This document shows positions 18,671 to 28,539 of a DNA stretch of 64,000 bases, in pieces. Within the stretch, counting starts at the first letter, position 1. Every line of letters begins with the position of its first letter. Source of the DNA: an uncultured Nitrospiraceae bacterium. GTDB lineage: Bacteria > Hydrogenedentota > Hydrogenedentia > Hydrogenedentales > SLHB01. The stretch covers positions 12,182-76,181 of the forward strand of contig CAZBQH010000200.1 in assembly GCA_964493915.1 (NCBI GenBank), given 5' to 3'. The notes under the pieces were generated by a model. It searched no databases. It was given only the letters and a program-made list of their open reading frames with translations, and had not been told where the DNA came from. Position numbers and translations under genes: made by a program.

Positions 18671-19936
18671 TTGACCCCCAAGAATGAAGCCGGTAAGAAG
18701 CAAGACACAGGCGGAAAAGGGCTTAGCCTTATTCGCAGTATTACAGGTCCATGGACTTGGGAGAACCTTTGGGGATGGCTGAAAATAATCCTCATCGTCC
18801 TTGTCATCCGATGGATCTGGTTCGAACCCTACAGCATCCCGTCCGGATCGATGGAACCCACCCTCCATGGAGATCCACGATTTCTTCGCGGAGACCGGGT
18901 CGTAGTGAACAAGTTCTGGTTCGGTCCTCGTATCCCCTTTACCAATAAACGCTTGTTCCGATGGCACGAGCCTGAACGGTGGGACATCGTCGTCTTTAAC
19001 TCACCCGAGCCGGACGCGCAACACAAGGTGCTCATCAAACGCGTCGTGGGCCTCCCAGGAGAACGGGTTCATATCGAGGGAGGCAGAGTCTACGTGAATG
19101 GGAAGCCCCTCGAGTTGCCCGAGGATATACAGCATGTGAGCTACACGTCTGCGCCCTCTATGAGGTCATTCGAGCGGTTGAGCGGCGGCGAGCTTAGGCT
19201 TCTCATGCTCCAGCATGAAATGCGGTACGGGATCCTGCCGGACGAGCGTTACAGCGTCGTGCCAGAGAACCATTACTTAGTGTTGGGCGACAACAGCGCC
19301 GACAGCAAGGACGGCCGGTATTTTGGATGGGTCCCCCACGAGAACCTGATAGGGCGGGCCTTTGCAATCTGGTGGCCTCTGAGCCACCGCCGCGATCTGA
19401 CTGGCTTCACCAACACTTGGTGGGGCATGGCATTGCTTCTCGGACTCCCCGCACTTTTGCTCCTCTATGAGGGATCTCGCGCCTTTTTCTGGGCGTCGTG
19501 GCGCGTCTGCTCCAACGATTTGCCGGGGGAGCTCCGCGAAGGCGAGCATATCCTCGTCAGTCGTATTGCGTTAGGTTTGCGGCTGCCGTTTTCGAGGCGG
19601 CGGATTATTCCGGGCCGTGGTTTACGCAGGGGGGAGACGGTGGTACATGTTTCAGAGCAAGACGGTTCGGGGCGGTCTCTGAAACTTTCGCGAGTCATTG
19701 CTGTTCCAGGCGAAACAGTCAATGCTCGACTTGATATGCCCTGCGTCGAGCGCAAAAAAAACTCCCAAATCGTCCGCGACGGATACTATCTCGTAACCGA
19801 CGGCAATCCGGCTGCCGGAACGGGTTGCGTCTCGAGCCTCGACCTGGTTGGAGTTGCACAGCTTGTCTGGTGGCCCTTGCACCGGCGTCGAAAGCTTGCA
19901 GCGCCTGGGGCTGCTAATTCCACACGGACTGCCTAG
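18671..19936 (+). CDS. lepB: signal peptidase I with an additional degenerate peptidase-like C-terminal domain
   Basis: 421 aa. The first half is canonical (SGSMEPTL catalytic Ser box, LIKRVVGLPGE Lys box, GDNSADSKDGRYFGW box). After a second TM (WWGMALLLGLPALLLLY) there is a second SPase-like repeat lacking both catalytic residues (CSNDLPGEL, LSRVIAVPGE). Confidence 0.75.
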   Translation: MTPKNEAGKKQDTGGKGLSLIRSITGPWTWENLWGWLKIILIVLVIRWIWFEPYSIPSGSMEPTLHGDPRFLRGDRVVVNKFWFGPRIPFTNKRLFRWHEPERWDIVVFNSPEPDAQHKVLIKRVVGLPGERVHIEGGRVYVNGKPLELPEDIQHVSYTSAPSMRSFERLSGGELRLLMLQHEMRYGILPDERYSVVPENHYLVLGDNSADSKDGRYFGWVPHENLIGRAFAIWWPLSHRRDLTGFTNTWWGMALLLGLPALLLLYEGSRAFFWASWRVCSNDLPGELREGEHILVSRIALGLRLPFSRRRIIPGRGLRRGETVVHVSEQDGSGRSLKLSRVIAVPGETVNARLDMPCVERKKNSQIVRDGYYLVTDGNPAAGTGCVSSLDLVGVAQLVWWPLHRRRKLAAPGAANSTRTA

Positions 19937-19937
19937 C

Positions 19938-20699
19938 GTGACCTGGAAAGCGAAGAGCGGCAAGCGCCGGGCGGCTGTTCCCAGAACGGGGCGCCGGGGC
20001 TTGGTTGTGCAGCTCGGTTGTGGTTTGCTCTTGCTCGGGGTTTTGTTCTGGTACTCGCGACAACTCGAAACCATCGAACCGGTTGAATTGCTGACCACAA
20101 TTCCCCTAGCCGTGTCTGTCGCCTTCGTTGTTCGGTGGATCGCGATCGAGCCATACAAGATCCCTTCCGCTTCAATGAGGCCGGCCCTCGAGCCCGGCGA
20201 CCGCATTTTCGTGAACAAATGGGTCTATGGGCTCCGCTTTCCACTTAACGGGATGCGCGTCCCTTTTACGACGCGCGGCGTCCGTTATGCGGCCCGCCGC
20301 TTGTGGCGGGGTCGACGGCCGGAACGGGGAGACATTGTTGTGTTTCGTACGGTGGAAGAAGGGGAAACACACGACATCTTGGTCAAGCGGGTCGTCGGGA
20401 AGCCGGGCGAACACATACTTATTCGAGACGGACGGATCCATGTAAATGGAACGCCTCTCGAGACGCCGCCTTCGATTGCCCGCAACTACTACACGGCGCC
20501 GCGCGGCTTTCCCGTCATGCACTACGGCATTTCCGGCGGGAAGACCTACTCGCTTGTCCCGCCGGACCATTATCTGCTCCTTGGCGACAACAGCGCAGCG
20601 AGTCGGGACGGCCGTCTCTTCGGCTGGGTACCTGATGAACATATCTTGGGGCGCGTCTGCGCTATCTGGTGGCCTATCCGCCGGTGGCGCCGTTTGTGA
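19938..20699 (+). CDS. lepB: signal peptidase I (second copy)
   Basis: The track ORF 19848..20699 overlaps the upstream gene out of frame. The in-frame GTG at 19938 lies 1 nt after the upstream TAG, giving VTWKAK…TM…IPSASMRPAL (Ser box), LVKRVVGKPGE (Lys box), GDNSAASRDGRLFGW. Confidence 0.75.
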   Translation: MTWKAKSGKRRAAVPRTGRRGLVVQLGCGLLLLGVLFWYSRQLETIEPVELLTTIPLAVSVAFVVRWIAIEPYKIPSASMRPALEPGDRIFVNKWVYGLRFPLNGMRVPFTTRGVRYAARRLWRGRRPERGDIVVFRTVEEGETHDILVKRVVGKPGEHILIRDGRIHVNGTPLETPPSIARNYYTAPRGFPVMHYGISGGKTYSLVPPDHYLLLGDNSAASRDGRLFGWVPDEHILGRVCAIWWPIRRWRRL

Positions 20700-21808
20700 T
20701 GATTGGTGTTTACATCCATATACCCTACTGCCGCCGCTTGTGCCCTTATTGCGACTTTGTCCGTCAACAAGTGTCCGGCGACCCTCCCGAGGCCTTTACA
20801 GACGCTCTGTGCCGTGAGATTGCGTCTTTCGAGGGTCCGCGAGAAGCAGGGACCCTGTTTATCGGCGGCGGCACGCCTTCAATCATGCCGCCAGACGCGC
20901 TGGCGCGCATTTTCAAGGCGTTGGAAAGGCGTTTTGCGTTTTCTGACCCTGTCGAAGCGACCATCGAGGCCAATCCGGACGACGTTGCGCCGGAGTTGGC
21001 CCAAGCTTGGGCAGATCTCGGCATCAATCGCGTCAGCTTGGGTGTTCAGAGTTTCAGCGATGCGGCCCTGAGCTATCTTGGACGGCGGCACGACGCGAAG
21101 GCGGCGCTGCGGGCCTGCGAGACCGTCGCAGAGCACTTCGCCAACTGGAGCATGGACCTTATCTTTGGTGCGCGTCCGATCGAGGCGTGGGAGGAGACTC
21201 TCGATACCTGCCGAGCGCTGAGGCCTCCCCATGTCTCGGCCTACGGCTTGACGTTCGAAGAAGGCACGCCCTTCGCCCGGCGGGCCCATGAGGCCGTTGA
21301 CGATGAGACCTACCTCGACTTATACAGGCTCGCTGCGGCGGTGCTCGACGCATACGAGCGCTACGAGATCTCGAACTATGCCTTTCCCGGGTACGCCTGT
21401 CGTCACAACCTCATCTACTGGCGAAACGAGGAGTATGTCGGCTTTGGACCGGGGGCCTATTCGTTTATCGACGGAGTGCGCGCCCGGAATACGCCTGAAC
21501 TTGAGGTCTATTACGACGGCCCTGGACGAAAAACAGAGTCCCTCGATCTGCCGCAGCGGGAGGTTAAGACGGAAACGCTCATACAGCATTTCCGGCTCGC
21601 TGCGGGCATTGACAAAGGGTACTACAGAGCGCGGTTTGGTTCTGAACTACAGGTGGACTTTGGCGACAGACTTGCAGGACTGGTTGACAGGGGTCTACTG
21701 GTCGAGACAAAAGACGCCTTCCGTCCCACGGATGTTGGGTTTGAACTGAACAACGAGATCGGCCTTGCCCTTGTTGGCGATTCCCCCGCCGGCCATCAAT
21801 CAGCCTGA
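20699..21808 (+). CDS. hemW: radical SAM heme chaperone HemW (coproporphyrinogen III oxidase-like)
   Basis: The ATG at 20699 overlaps the lepB TGA (TGATG). The N-terminus MIGVYIHIPYCRRLCPYCDF is the CxxxCxxC radical-SAM motif in a typical HemW context, followed by the HemN C-terminal domain. Confidence 0.8.
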   Translation: MIGVYIHIPYCRRLCPYCDFVRQQVSGDPPEAFTDALCREIASFEGPREAGTLFIGGGTPSIMPPDALARIFKALERRFAFSDPVEATIEANPDDVAPELAQAWADLGINRVSLGVQSFSDAALSYLGRRHDAKAALRACETVAEHFANWSMDLIFGARPIEAWEETLDTCRALRPPHVSAYGLTFEEGTPFARRAHEAVDDETYLDLYRLAAAVLDAYERYEISNYAFPGYACRHNLIYWRNEEYVGFGPGAYSFIDGVRARNTPELEVYYDGPGRKTESLDLPQREVKTETLIQHFRLAAGIDKGYYRARFGSELQVDFGDRLAGLVDRGLLVETKDAFRPTDVGFELNNEIGLALVGDSPAGHQSA

Positions 21809-21893
21809 AAGGATAGGATTAGCGCCTTCTAAAGGCCAACGCCCCCGCGAACGGGCGCAGGGGCGCTTACACTGCCGCGATCTCTGGTGCACT

Positions 21894-22979
21894 TTAGAGC
21901 TCGCCAAGGTTCCTGAAGAGATACAGACCCTCTTTGCCGGGGGCGATAATGTCCTTCCAACCGTTGCCGTCGAGATCCTCGACCCAGAAGTAGATCCCGG
22001 CCCCGCTGCTTTTGTCTGGCTCGCCGTAGTCGAGGGTAATCCGCTCGAACGCACCACGGTTGATGTTGAAATAGTAGATTCCGACGGGGTCGGCCGCGCC
22101 AGGGTCATGTCCCTGGTGAGCCCGGTAGCGTTTTCCGGTGATCAACTCGACCTCTCCGTCATTGTCGATATCGACGAGTTGCAGGTCGTGGTACTGGCTC
22201 CGGTGCAAGTCGATGTCGTGCTTGATCCATGTCCGATTACCGCCGCCATCTTTTTGCTGCTCCCACCAGAAGAGTCCGTAGTCGTGGCCCATCCCAACGA
22301 TGAGGTCGTTGAGACCGTCTTTGTTAACGTCGTAAACCAGGATCGGCACGCTCGCGGTGCCGCCCAGTTCGAACTCCTGGTGGAAGGTCCACGCCTCCTC
22401 ATAGGGCCGTTGAGGCGCTTCCCACCATCCGTTGTTCAACACGATGTCCATTCTGCCGTCGCCGTTGATGTCGCCAAACCCTAGGCCGTGCCCTTGCGCG
22501 CCCGTCGTGATGGAGACCTGCTTGAACGAGGCGGCCGGTTTGCCGCCGGCGTCGCGCTCGAGCTTGAAGATCGACACGGGCTCGCCGGGGCAATTGGGAA
22601 TGACCTCGATTTCGCCGTCGCCGTCAATGTCAAAGAAAGTCGGCCGCTCGATGTTGCCGATTTTTCCAATGTCATGGACCTTCCACTCTTCAGCTGATCC
22701 TTTCGGGTTTTCCCGCCAACGAAGCGTTTCGTCAAACCATCCGCCGGTGATGATGTCGAGATAGCCGTCGCCGTTCACATCCATAGGGTAGTCCGAGAAG
22801 TCGTCGAAGTAGTCGCCCACCGCCTTTACGCTGCAGATTTTGTGTTTTGTCTTGAAGTCCGGTCCTTCGAACCAGTACTCGCCCGATACGATATCCAGAA
22901 TGCCGTCCTTATTGACATCAAACGCTGAGGCAGCCTCATAGGTGACATCCCCGATGCGCGTCTTCTCGAACTTGAGCAT
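21894..22979 (-). CDS. FG-GAP/VCBS repeat-containing protein (ASPIC/UnbV-like beta-propeller)
   Basis: The track ORF runs to 23039, but GGAGG is spaced 8 nt before the ATG at 22979 (MLKFEKTRIGD…). It carries repeated DxNxDGxxD FG-GAP-type Ca-binding units (DVNKDGILDIV, DVNGDGYLDII, DIDGDGEIEVI, DINGDGRMDIV, DVNKDGLNDLIV, DIDNDGEVELI, DLDGNGWKDII). Confidence 0.55.
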   Translation of the reverse strand: MLKFEKTRIGDVTYEAASAFDVNKDGILDIVSGEYWFEGPDFKTKHKICSVKAVGDYFDDFSDYPMDVNGDGYLDIITGGWFDETLRWRENPKGSAEEWKVHDIGKIGNIERPTFFDIDGDGEIEVIPNCPGEPVSIFKLERDAGGKPAASFKQVSITTGAQGHGLGFGDINGDGRMDIVLNNGWWEAPQRPYEEAWTFHQEFELGGTASVPILVYDVNKDGLNDLIVGMGHDYGLFWWEQQKDGGGNRTWIKHDIDLHRSQYHDLQLVDIDNDGEVELITGKRYRAHQGHDPGAADPVGIYYFNINRGAFERITLDYGEPDKSSGAGIYFWVEDLDGNGWKDIIAPGKEGLYLFRNLGEL

Positions 22980-23269
22980 GTCGTGTTCCTCCGTTGCTAT
23001 ACTAAAAAGGGTCATTGCCGCAATGCACACGGAATACATGGTTTTGGTCCTCCGAAAGGCGCCAAGTTATGGTAAATTGCATAGTACCATACCATATGGC
23101 GGCGAAGCATGTTCGAGGTTTTGAGCCGGTCGAACGCAGTGTAGTCGACTCCACGCAAAGGCTGTCAGTTTGCGTTACGTCCTTCAGGCACGATATGATC
23201 GCATGCTTTCACGTTTCCCACTCCTGCCGTTGACGGCGATTTCCGAAGACTACAAGGACTGACAAATAT

Positions 23270-25159
23270 ATGCCGGCCATAGACCGGATTCGCAACCTGG
23301 CCATTATCGCCCATATTGACCACGGCAAGACGACACTGATCGACAGCATCTTCCGTGCGACCCATGTGTTTCGCGACAACGCGCACGTAGCAGAGCGCGT
23401 GATGGACAGCAACGAGCTCGAGCGCGAGCGGGGCATCACGATTCGCGCCAAACACTGCACCGTCGAATGGAACGGTTATCTTATCAACATTATCGACACG
23501 CCGGGCCATGCTGATTTCTCAGGCGAGGTCGAACGCATCTTGTCTATGGTCGATTCGGTCTTGCTTCTAGTGGACGCCAACGAAGGGCCGATGCCGCAGA
23601 CCCGTTATGTGCTCATGCGTGCACTACGCCTCGGCTTACGTCCCATCGTTTTCGTGAACAAGACGGACCGGCCCAACGCCGACCCCCACGACGCCGTTGA
23701 CAAGACCTTCGACCTTTTTGTCGAACTGGACGCAACCGACAGCCAATGCGATTTCCCGATCCTTTATGGTTCGGGACTTCACGGTTGGGCGACGCGCCAT
23801 CCTGGGGACCCGCGTGAGGGCATGGAACCTCTGTTCGAGACGATCATCAAGGAAGCGCCGGCGCCTTCCGGAAAAGTCGATGCGCCTTTTCTTATGCAGA
23901 TAAGCACTCTGGGATGGTCGGACCACATAGGCCGTACAGGTGCTGGCCGCGTGTTGCAGGGGCGCCTCAGGCGCGGCCAAATCATTGCGCGAACAGCCAC
24001 GCGATGGAAACAGGCCGAATGGCTTCACCACCACGATCGAAGCCGCCGGGAAGAGTGGGAGGTCACCGGTGTCGAAGAGGAACGGGCAACTTATCTCTGG
24101 ACCACGCGGGGCCTGACCGCCGTGGCGTGCGACGAGGTGAGCGCGGGCGACATCGTCACAATCGCGGGTCCTAAAGACTTGGCCATCGGCGATACCATTT
24201 CAGCGCCTGGTCTCGAGAATGCCGCCCTTCCGCCTCTCGAAATCGAAGACCCCACGGTGTCCATGTTGTTTTTGGCGAATAACGGTCCCTTCGCAGGGCA
24301 AGAGGGCGCGGCAGTCACGCTCCGGCAGATCAGGACACGCGTCGAACGTGAATTGCGCACCAACGTCGCCCTTCGAATCGAAGACGCGGCCCGGAGGAAC
24401 GCGATACGGGTTTCAGGACGCGGGGAGCTGCATCTGGCCATTCTTGTCGAGGAAATGCGGAGGGAAGGGATGGAATTGTGCGTGTCGCCCCCCGAGATCA
24501 TCACGCACCGGGATGCCCAGGGCCGCCTGCTCGAGCCCTTTGAGGAGCTCACCATCGACCTTCCTCTCGAATATCAGGGTATAGTCATCGAAAAGGTCTC
24601 GCATCGGATGGGAAGACTCCTGAACATGGAAACACACGGCAATACCGTGCGCCTCGGCTTTGAAATCCCTACCCGCGGCTTGATGGGTTACCGCAGTGAG
24701 TTTCTCACCGACACGCGAGGCCAAGGCGTCATGGCCTCCCGGTTTACAGGCTATGGCCTCTGGTCTGGAGAAATCTCGATTCGCGGTCGTGGGTCGATGA
24801 TCAGCACGGACACGGGCGAAGCCACCTCCTACAGCATCGAGAATCTGCAGCAACGCGGGGTCCTGTTTATATCCCCGATAGATCGTGTTTACGAAGGCAT
24901 GATTGTCGGAGAACACGCCCGGCCCGGTGACCTGCCCTGCAATCCCACCAAGCGCAAGGCCTTAACCAACCACCGTGCGGCGAGCAAAGACCACACGGTT
25001 CTTTTGGATGTGCCCCGTGTGTTGACATTGGACAGCGCCCTCGAATGGATTGCGCCGGATGAGCTTGCCGAGGTGACGCCGAAAAGCGTCCGTGTGCGCA
25101 AGGCGACGCTGGCCGCCGAAGACCGCAAGCGCGAGATGAAACGGCGCCTCGCGGGGTAA
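23270..25159 (+). CDS. typA: translational GTPase TypA/BipA
   Basis: 629 aa. N-terminal [17 protein letters not shown] and DTPGHADF; overall BipA architecture. It carries an in-frame insertion of about 20 aa in domain II (see noticed_but_rejected). Confidence 0.9.
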   Translation: MPAIDRIRNLAIIAHIDHGKTTLIDSIFRATHVFRDNAHVAERVMDSNELERERGITIRAKHCTVEWNGYLINIIDTPGHADFSGEVERILSMVDSVLLLVDANEGPMPQTRYVLMRALRLGLRPIVFVNKTDRPNADPHDAVDKTFDLFVELDATDSQCDFPILYGSGLHGWATRHPGDPREGMEPLFETIIKEAPAPSGKVDAPFLMQISTLGWSDHIGRTGAGRVLQGRLRRGQIIARTATRWKQAEWLHHHDRSRREEWEVTGVEEERATYLWTTRGLTAVACDEVSAGDIVTIAGPKDLAIGDTISAPGLENAALPPLEIEDPTVSMLFLANNGPFAGQEGAAVTLRQIRTRVERELRTNVALRIEDAARRNAIRVSGRGELHLAILVEEMRREGMELCVSPPEIITHRDAQGRLLEPFEELTIDLPLEYQGIVIEKVSHRMGRLLNMETHGNTVRLGFEIPTRGLMGYRSEFLTDTRGQGVMASRFTGYGLWSGEISIRGRGSMISTDTGEATSYSIENLQQRGVLFISPIDRVYEGMIVGEHARPGDLPCNPTKRKALTNHRAASKDHTVLLDVPRVLTLDSALEWIAPDELAEVTPKSVRVRKATLAAEDRKREMKRRLAG

Positions 25160-25401
25160 CAGCGCTCGGGGCCGCAGAGACCCGTCACAGGAATCCGGAG
25201 CAAAGACCCTTGCTATCGGTTGCGTCGCTCCATCCGGGCGGAATGTTGCAAGGTTTGCGAACAGGCTGCGGGTTTGGGAACGCTGCCTATTGCCTGAGGA
25301 GGGCGCCGCGTTATAGGATCGGGGCGTTGATTCTATGAAAGCGTTGTAGTGTCGGGGATAAGACGGGCGGGCGTGTGTTCAAAATTCTTGCATCTGCAAG
25401 C

Positions 25402-25430
25402 TTGACATACGGAAAGAAGTTGCATAAACT
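25402..25430 (+). promoter_or_regulatory. sigma70-like promoter candidate (TTGACA-17 nt-TAAACT) with adjacent TTGCA inverted repeat
   Basis: TTGACA at 25402-25407, TAAACT at 25425-25430. Immediately upstream is TTGCATCTGCAA (25388-25399, 5-bp inverted arms) and TTGCA recurs inside the spacer. This leaves a 5' UTR of about 150 nt before the aldolase ATG. Confidence 0.3.
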
Positions 25431-25579
25431 GGCAGGGCTTAACAACCGTTTATGCCGACCGTCAAGCTGGGCTTCTGCCGCTGTATCCAAGGAATCCGTC
25501 CGCTGCGTTGTTAGCGGCAGGGTTCAGGCAGGTGCCTATCGGGGCGCCCGGCCGCTATGAAACCGGAAAGGAGTTGCTC

Positions 25580-26470
25580 ATGCCTGAAGCTGATGTCGCC
25601 AAAGAAACGACCAAGAATTTTTACGAAAACATTCCAATGGAGACCCCGGGCTTCTTCTTGCGGGGTTCAGGGTCTTACGATTGGGGGATGAAAAACCGGC
25701 TTGCGCGTGTCTTTAACCCCGACACAGGCCGGACGTTGATGCTGGCAATCGATCACGGGTATTTTCAGGGACCGACCACGGGGCTCGAGCGCATTGATCT
25801 GAACATCATGCCTCTCGCGCCGTATGCCGACGCGCTGATGTTGACCCGGGGCATCCTGCGCAGCACTGTTCCTCCGGCGTATAAGAATGCGATTGTCATG
25901 CGGGCAAGCGGGGGCCCGAGCATCCTGAAAGAGTTGTCCGACGAGGAGATTGCAGTGGATATCGAGGACGCCATCCGCATGAACGTTTCGGCTATGGCGA
26001 TTCAAGTCTTCATCGGGGGGGAGTTCGAGACCCGTTCTGTGCACAACATGACCCGCCTGGTCGATATGGGTTTGCGCTATGGAATCCCGGTGCTGGCAGT
26101 GACCGCTGTTGGCAAAGACATGGTACGCGACGCCAAGTATTTCCGCCTGGCCTGCCGCATTTGTGCGGAATTGGGCGCCCAGTTCGTGAAGACCTACTAC
26201 GTGGCCGATGGATTCGAGACCGTGACAGCCTCGTCTCCCGTACCTATCGTTATGGCCGGCGGCAAGAAACTGCCCGAGCTCGACGCATTGCGCATGGCCT
26301 ACAACGCGGTGCAAGAGGGAGCGGCCGGCGTCGACATGGGACGCAACATCTTTCAGTGCGACGCGCCTGAGGCCATGATTACGGCCGTCAAACGGGTGGT
26401 CCATGAGAACCTGAAGCCCGAAGAGGCGCTCGACCTGTACAAAACGCTCAAAAACGAGAAAAAGAAGTAG
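25580..26470 (+). CDS. DhnA-type class I fructose-bisphosphate aldolase family protein (LsrF/FbaB/ADH-synthase-like)
   Basis: The AAGGAG RBS is 7 nt before the ATG at 25580. The product (296 aa) shows DeoC/LacD-family class I aldolase features (…[11 protein letters not shown]…, Schiff-base region …AQFVKTYY…). Confidence 0.7.
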   Translation: MPEADVAKETTKNFYENIPMETPGFFLRGSGSYDWGMKNRLARVFNPDTGRTLMLAIDHGYFQGPTTGLERIDLNIMPLAPYADALMLTRGILRSTVPPAYKNAIVMRASGGPSILKELSDEEIAVDIEDAIRMNVSAMAIQVFIGGEFETRSVHNMTRLVDMGLRYGIPVLAVTAVGKDMVRDAKYFRLACRICAELGAQFVKTYYVADGFETVTASSPVPIVMAGGKKLPELDALRMAYNAVQEGAAGVDMGRNIFQCDAPEAMITAVKRVVHENLKPEEALDLYKTLKNEKKK

Positions 26471-26484
26471 CGAAGGGGAGTCAG

Positions 26485-27210
26485 ATGCCAGAGCCACGCG
26501 CCCTTGACCGCCTGCGGGCCGTTGCCCCTACTATCAGTGCGGGCATCCTCACGGCCGATCTACTCAAGCTGGGGCAGGAGATAGCGCTCATCGAACAGAC
26601 CGGGGTCCAGCTTGTCCACGTGGACGTGATGGACGGGTGTTTCTGTCCAATGATGACGGTGGGACCGCCTCTCATCAAGGCCATTCGCACCACCATGCTC
26701 AAAGATGTTCACTTGATGGTCGTCGACCCAATCGACAAGCTGCATGCGTATGTTGGTGCCGGCGCCGACATCATCACGGTCCATGTCGAGGCGACGCATC
26801 ACGTGCACCGTGTTCTTCAGATACTCACGGAAGTAAGGAATGCCAACGACAGCGAGCGCGGCATCGTGCGGGGGATTGCGGTCAACCCCGGCACGCCCAT
26901 CGAGGTTGTCAGGCCCCTTCTCGACGAGGTCGATATGGTTACGGTGATGGCCGTCAACCCCGGTTGGGGAGGCCAACCATTTATACGCAACGTCAAGACA
27001 CGCATCGAGGCAGTGCATGACATGGCCCACGACGCCCAGCGCGACATTCTAACCGCCGTCGACGGAGGCGTGAAAAAAGACAACATCGCCGACGTCGCAG
27101 CTATGGGGGCAGACATCATCGTGACAGGCAGCGCGGTATTTGACGGCAAAGACCCCGCGGGCAACGCTCATCTCATGCTGGAGGAGGTCGCTCGCGTCAA
27201 AAGACGCTGA
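26485..27210 (+). CDS. rpe: ribulose-phosphate 3-epimerase
   Basis: 241 aa. VHVDVMDG, HLMV, VNPGWGGQ, DGG and the rest of the canonical RPE motifs. Confidence 0.9.
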   Translation: MPEPRALDRLRAVAPTISAGILTADLLKLGQEIALIEQTGVQLVHVDVMDGCFCPMMTVGPPLIKAIRTTMLKDVHLMVVDPIDKLHAYVGAGADIITVHVEATHHVHRVLQILTEVRNANDSERGIVRGIAVNPGTPIEVVRPLLDEVDMVTVMAVNPGWGGQPFIRNVKTRIEAVHDMAHDAQRDILTAVDGGVKKDNIADVAAMGADIIVTGSAVFDGKDPAGNAHLMLEEVARVKRR

Positions 27211-27235
27211 GCAAGGAACAGAATGACAGGGGAAG

Positions 27236-28378
27236 GTGATGGCCATGGATAGGCTCACGGCGGAAATCGTGGTGCGAATCCGGCGGCTGCTTGCAGTCGA
27301 GACAGGCGACCCCGATCTACCGCTTGCCTTGCCCTTGTTGTCGACCTTTACGGACGAAGACGCTGTCGCTTACGCTGGCGGCGAACCGGGCGCCCAAGCT
27401 CCCGCGCTCGCGGCCGCTGCCTCCGCTCCACCCCTTTTCCTCGAGGGGGAAACACCTGAGCTCGATAGGGCTTTTCGAGCGTACCAAGAGGCGCACGGGA
27501 GGAAGCCGGAGGTCGTCTGTCTATCCGGGAGGGGCGTTGTTTGTGTCGCGTCGCCGGCCAGCTCGAAGGGTGGCCCACTCCGCAACAAGGTGGCGGTCGT
27601 CACCGGCGCAGCGGGCGCCATCGGCCACGGGGTCGTGCGCGGACTGCTCGACGCGGGTTGCGCTGTCGCCGCAACCGACCTTGCAGGACCTCAACTCGAG
27701 CAGATGCTTTCGCACTTCGAGGACGGGGTTCGCGACCATCTTATAACTGTTGCGCTTGACGTGACGGACCGGGCCTCTGTCGCCCGGGGACTCGATGCGG
27801 TAGCTGCGCGCTGGGGCGGCATCGACATCGCCGTGGTTAATGCGGGGATCGCCCATGTGGCCGCGCTGAACGAGCTGGACCTTGAGACCTTCCGCAAACT
27901 TGAACGGGTCAACGTGGAAGGCACGCTTTTGACCATCTCCGAGGCCTCGAAGCTCATGATCGCACAAGGCGCCGGCGGCGACATGGTGCTCATCTCGACA
28001 AAGAACGTCTTTGCACCGGGCGCGCGTTTCGGTGCCTACAGCGCCACCAAGGCGGCCAGTCATCAGTTAGGCCGGATCGCCAGTCTGGAACTGGCCGAGC
28101 ACGGGATACGCGTCAACATGGTCTCGCCCGACGCCGTATTCTCGGATCGGGATGTTCGATCAGGGTTGTGGGCGACTGTCGGTCCTGACAGGATGCGCGC
28201 GCGCGGACTCGACGAAAAGGGCCTCGAAGAGTACTATCGGAGCCGGAACCTGCTCAAGGCGCGGGTAACGGCCAAGCACGTGGCGAATGCCGTCCTTTTC
28301 TTTGTCACGCACCAGACGCCCACAACGGGTGCGACCATCCCGGTCGACGGGGGCCTGCCCGATGCCGCTCCGCGATAG
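27236..28378 (+). CDS. SDR family oxidoreductase with about 120-aa N-terminal extension
   Basis: 380 aa. The C-terminal 260 aa is a classical SDR (TGAAGAIG cofactor motif, YSATKAA catalytic YxxxK). The N-terminal extension ends in …EVVCLSGRGVVCVAS…, reminiscent of the C-terminal strand region of class II aldolase/adducin domains. Confidence 0.7.
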   Translation: MMAMDRLTAEIVVRIRRLLAVETGDPDLPLALPLLSTFTDEDAVAYAGGEPGAQAPALAAAASAPPLFLEGETPELDRAFRAYQEAHGRKPEVVCLSGRGVVCVASPASSKGGPLRNKVAVVTGAAGAIGHGVVRGLLDAGCAVAATDLAGPQLEQMLSHFEDGVRDHLITVALDVTDRASVARGLDAVAARWGGIDIAVVNAGIAHVAALNELDLETFRKLERVNVEGTLLTISEASKLMIAQGAGGDMVLISTKNVFAPGARFGAYSATKAASHQLGRIASLELAEHGIRVNMVSPDAVFSDRDVRSGLWATVGPDRMRARGLDEKGLEEYYRSRNLLKARVTAKHVANAVLFFVTHQTPTTGATIPVDGGLPDAAPR

Positions 28379-28539
28379 GGCATCCCTTAACCATAGGGAG
28401 TGACCTTGACTATTCGCCAGATAGCCCTTTCTACGATGTCAAAGGCTGCATTCTAACAGCGCTGTTGCTCTCCGGCCGATGTGGCCGAATGGACAACAGC
28501 GCTTGACGCCCTACAAGAAGCGGCTTGGGTCCAGGTTAT

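Noticed and set aside
21765-22484. 239-aa plus-strand ORF
   Set aside because: Antisense to the FG-GAP repeat gene. It has no motif and a low-complexity composition.
23990-24110. Possible frameshift inside typA/bipA (a 40-aa stretch [26 protein letters not shown]… without obvious similarity to BipA domain II)
   Set aside because: Frame 0 matches BipA on both sides (…[12 protein letters not shown]… before and …[24 protein letters not shown]… after). The alternative frames hit stop codons (TGA in +1, TAA in +2) before frame 0 resumes. The simplest reading is an in-frame lineage-specific insertion of about 20 aa, which can be checked in raw reads.
28455-28505. Repeated AACAGCGCT motif and palindrome CAACAGCGCTGTTG between convergent SDR and sulfatase-like genes
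   Set aside because: Short GC-rich palindromes are common in convergent intergenic regions of high-GC genomes. No U-tract follows, so neither a terminator nor a regulatory site can be supported.
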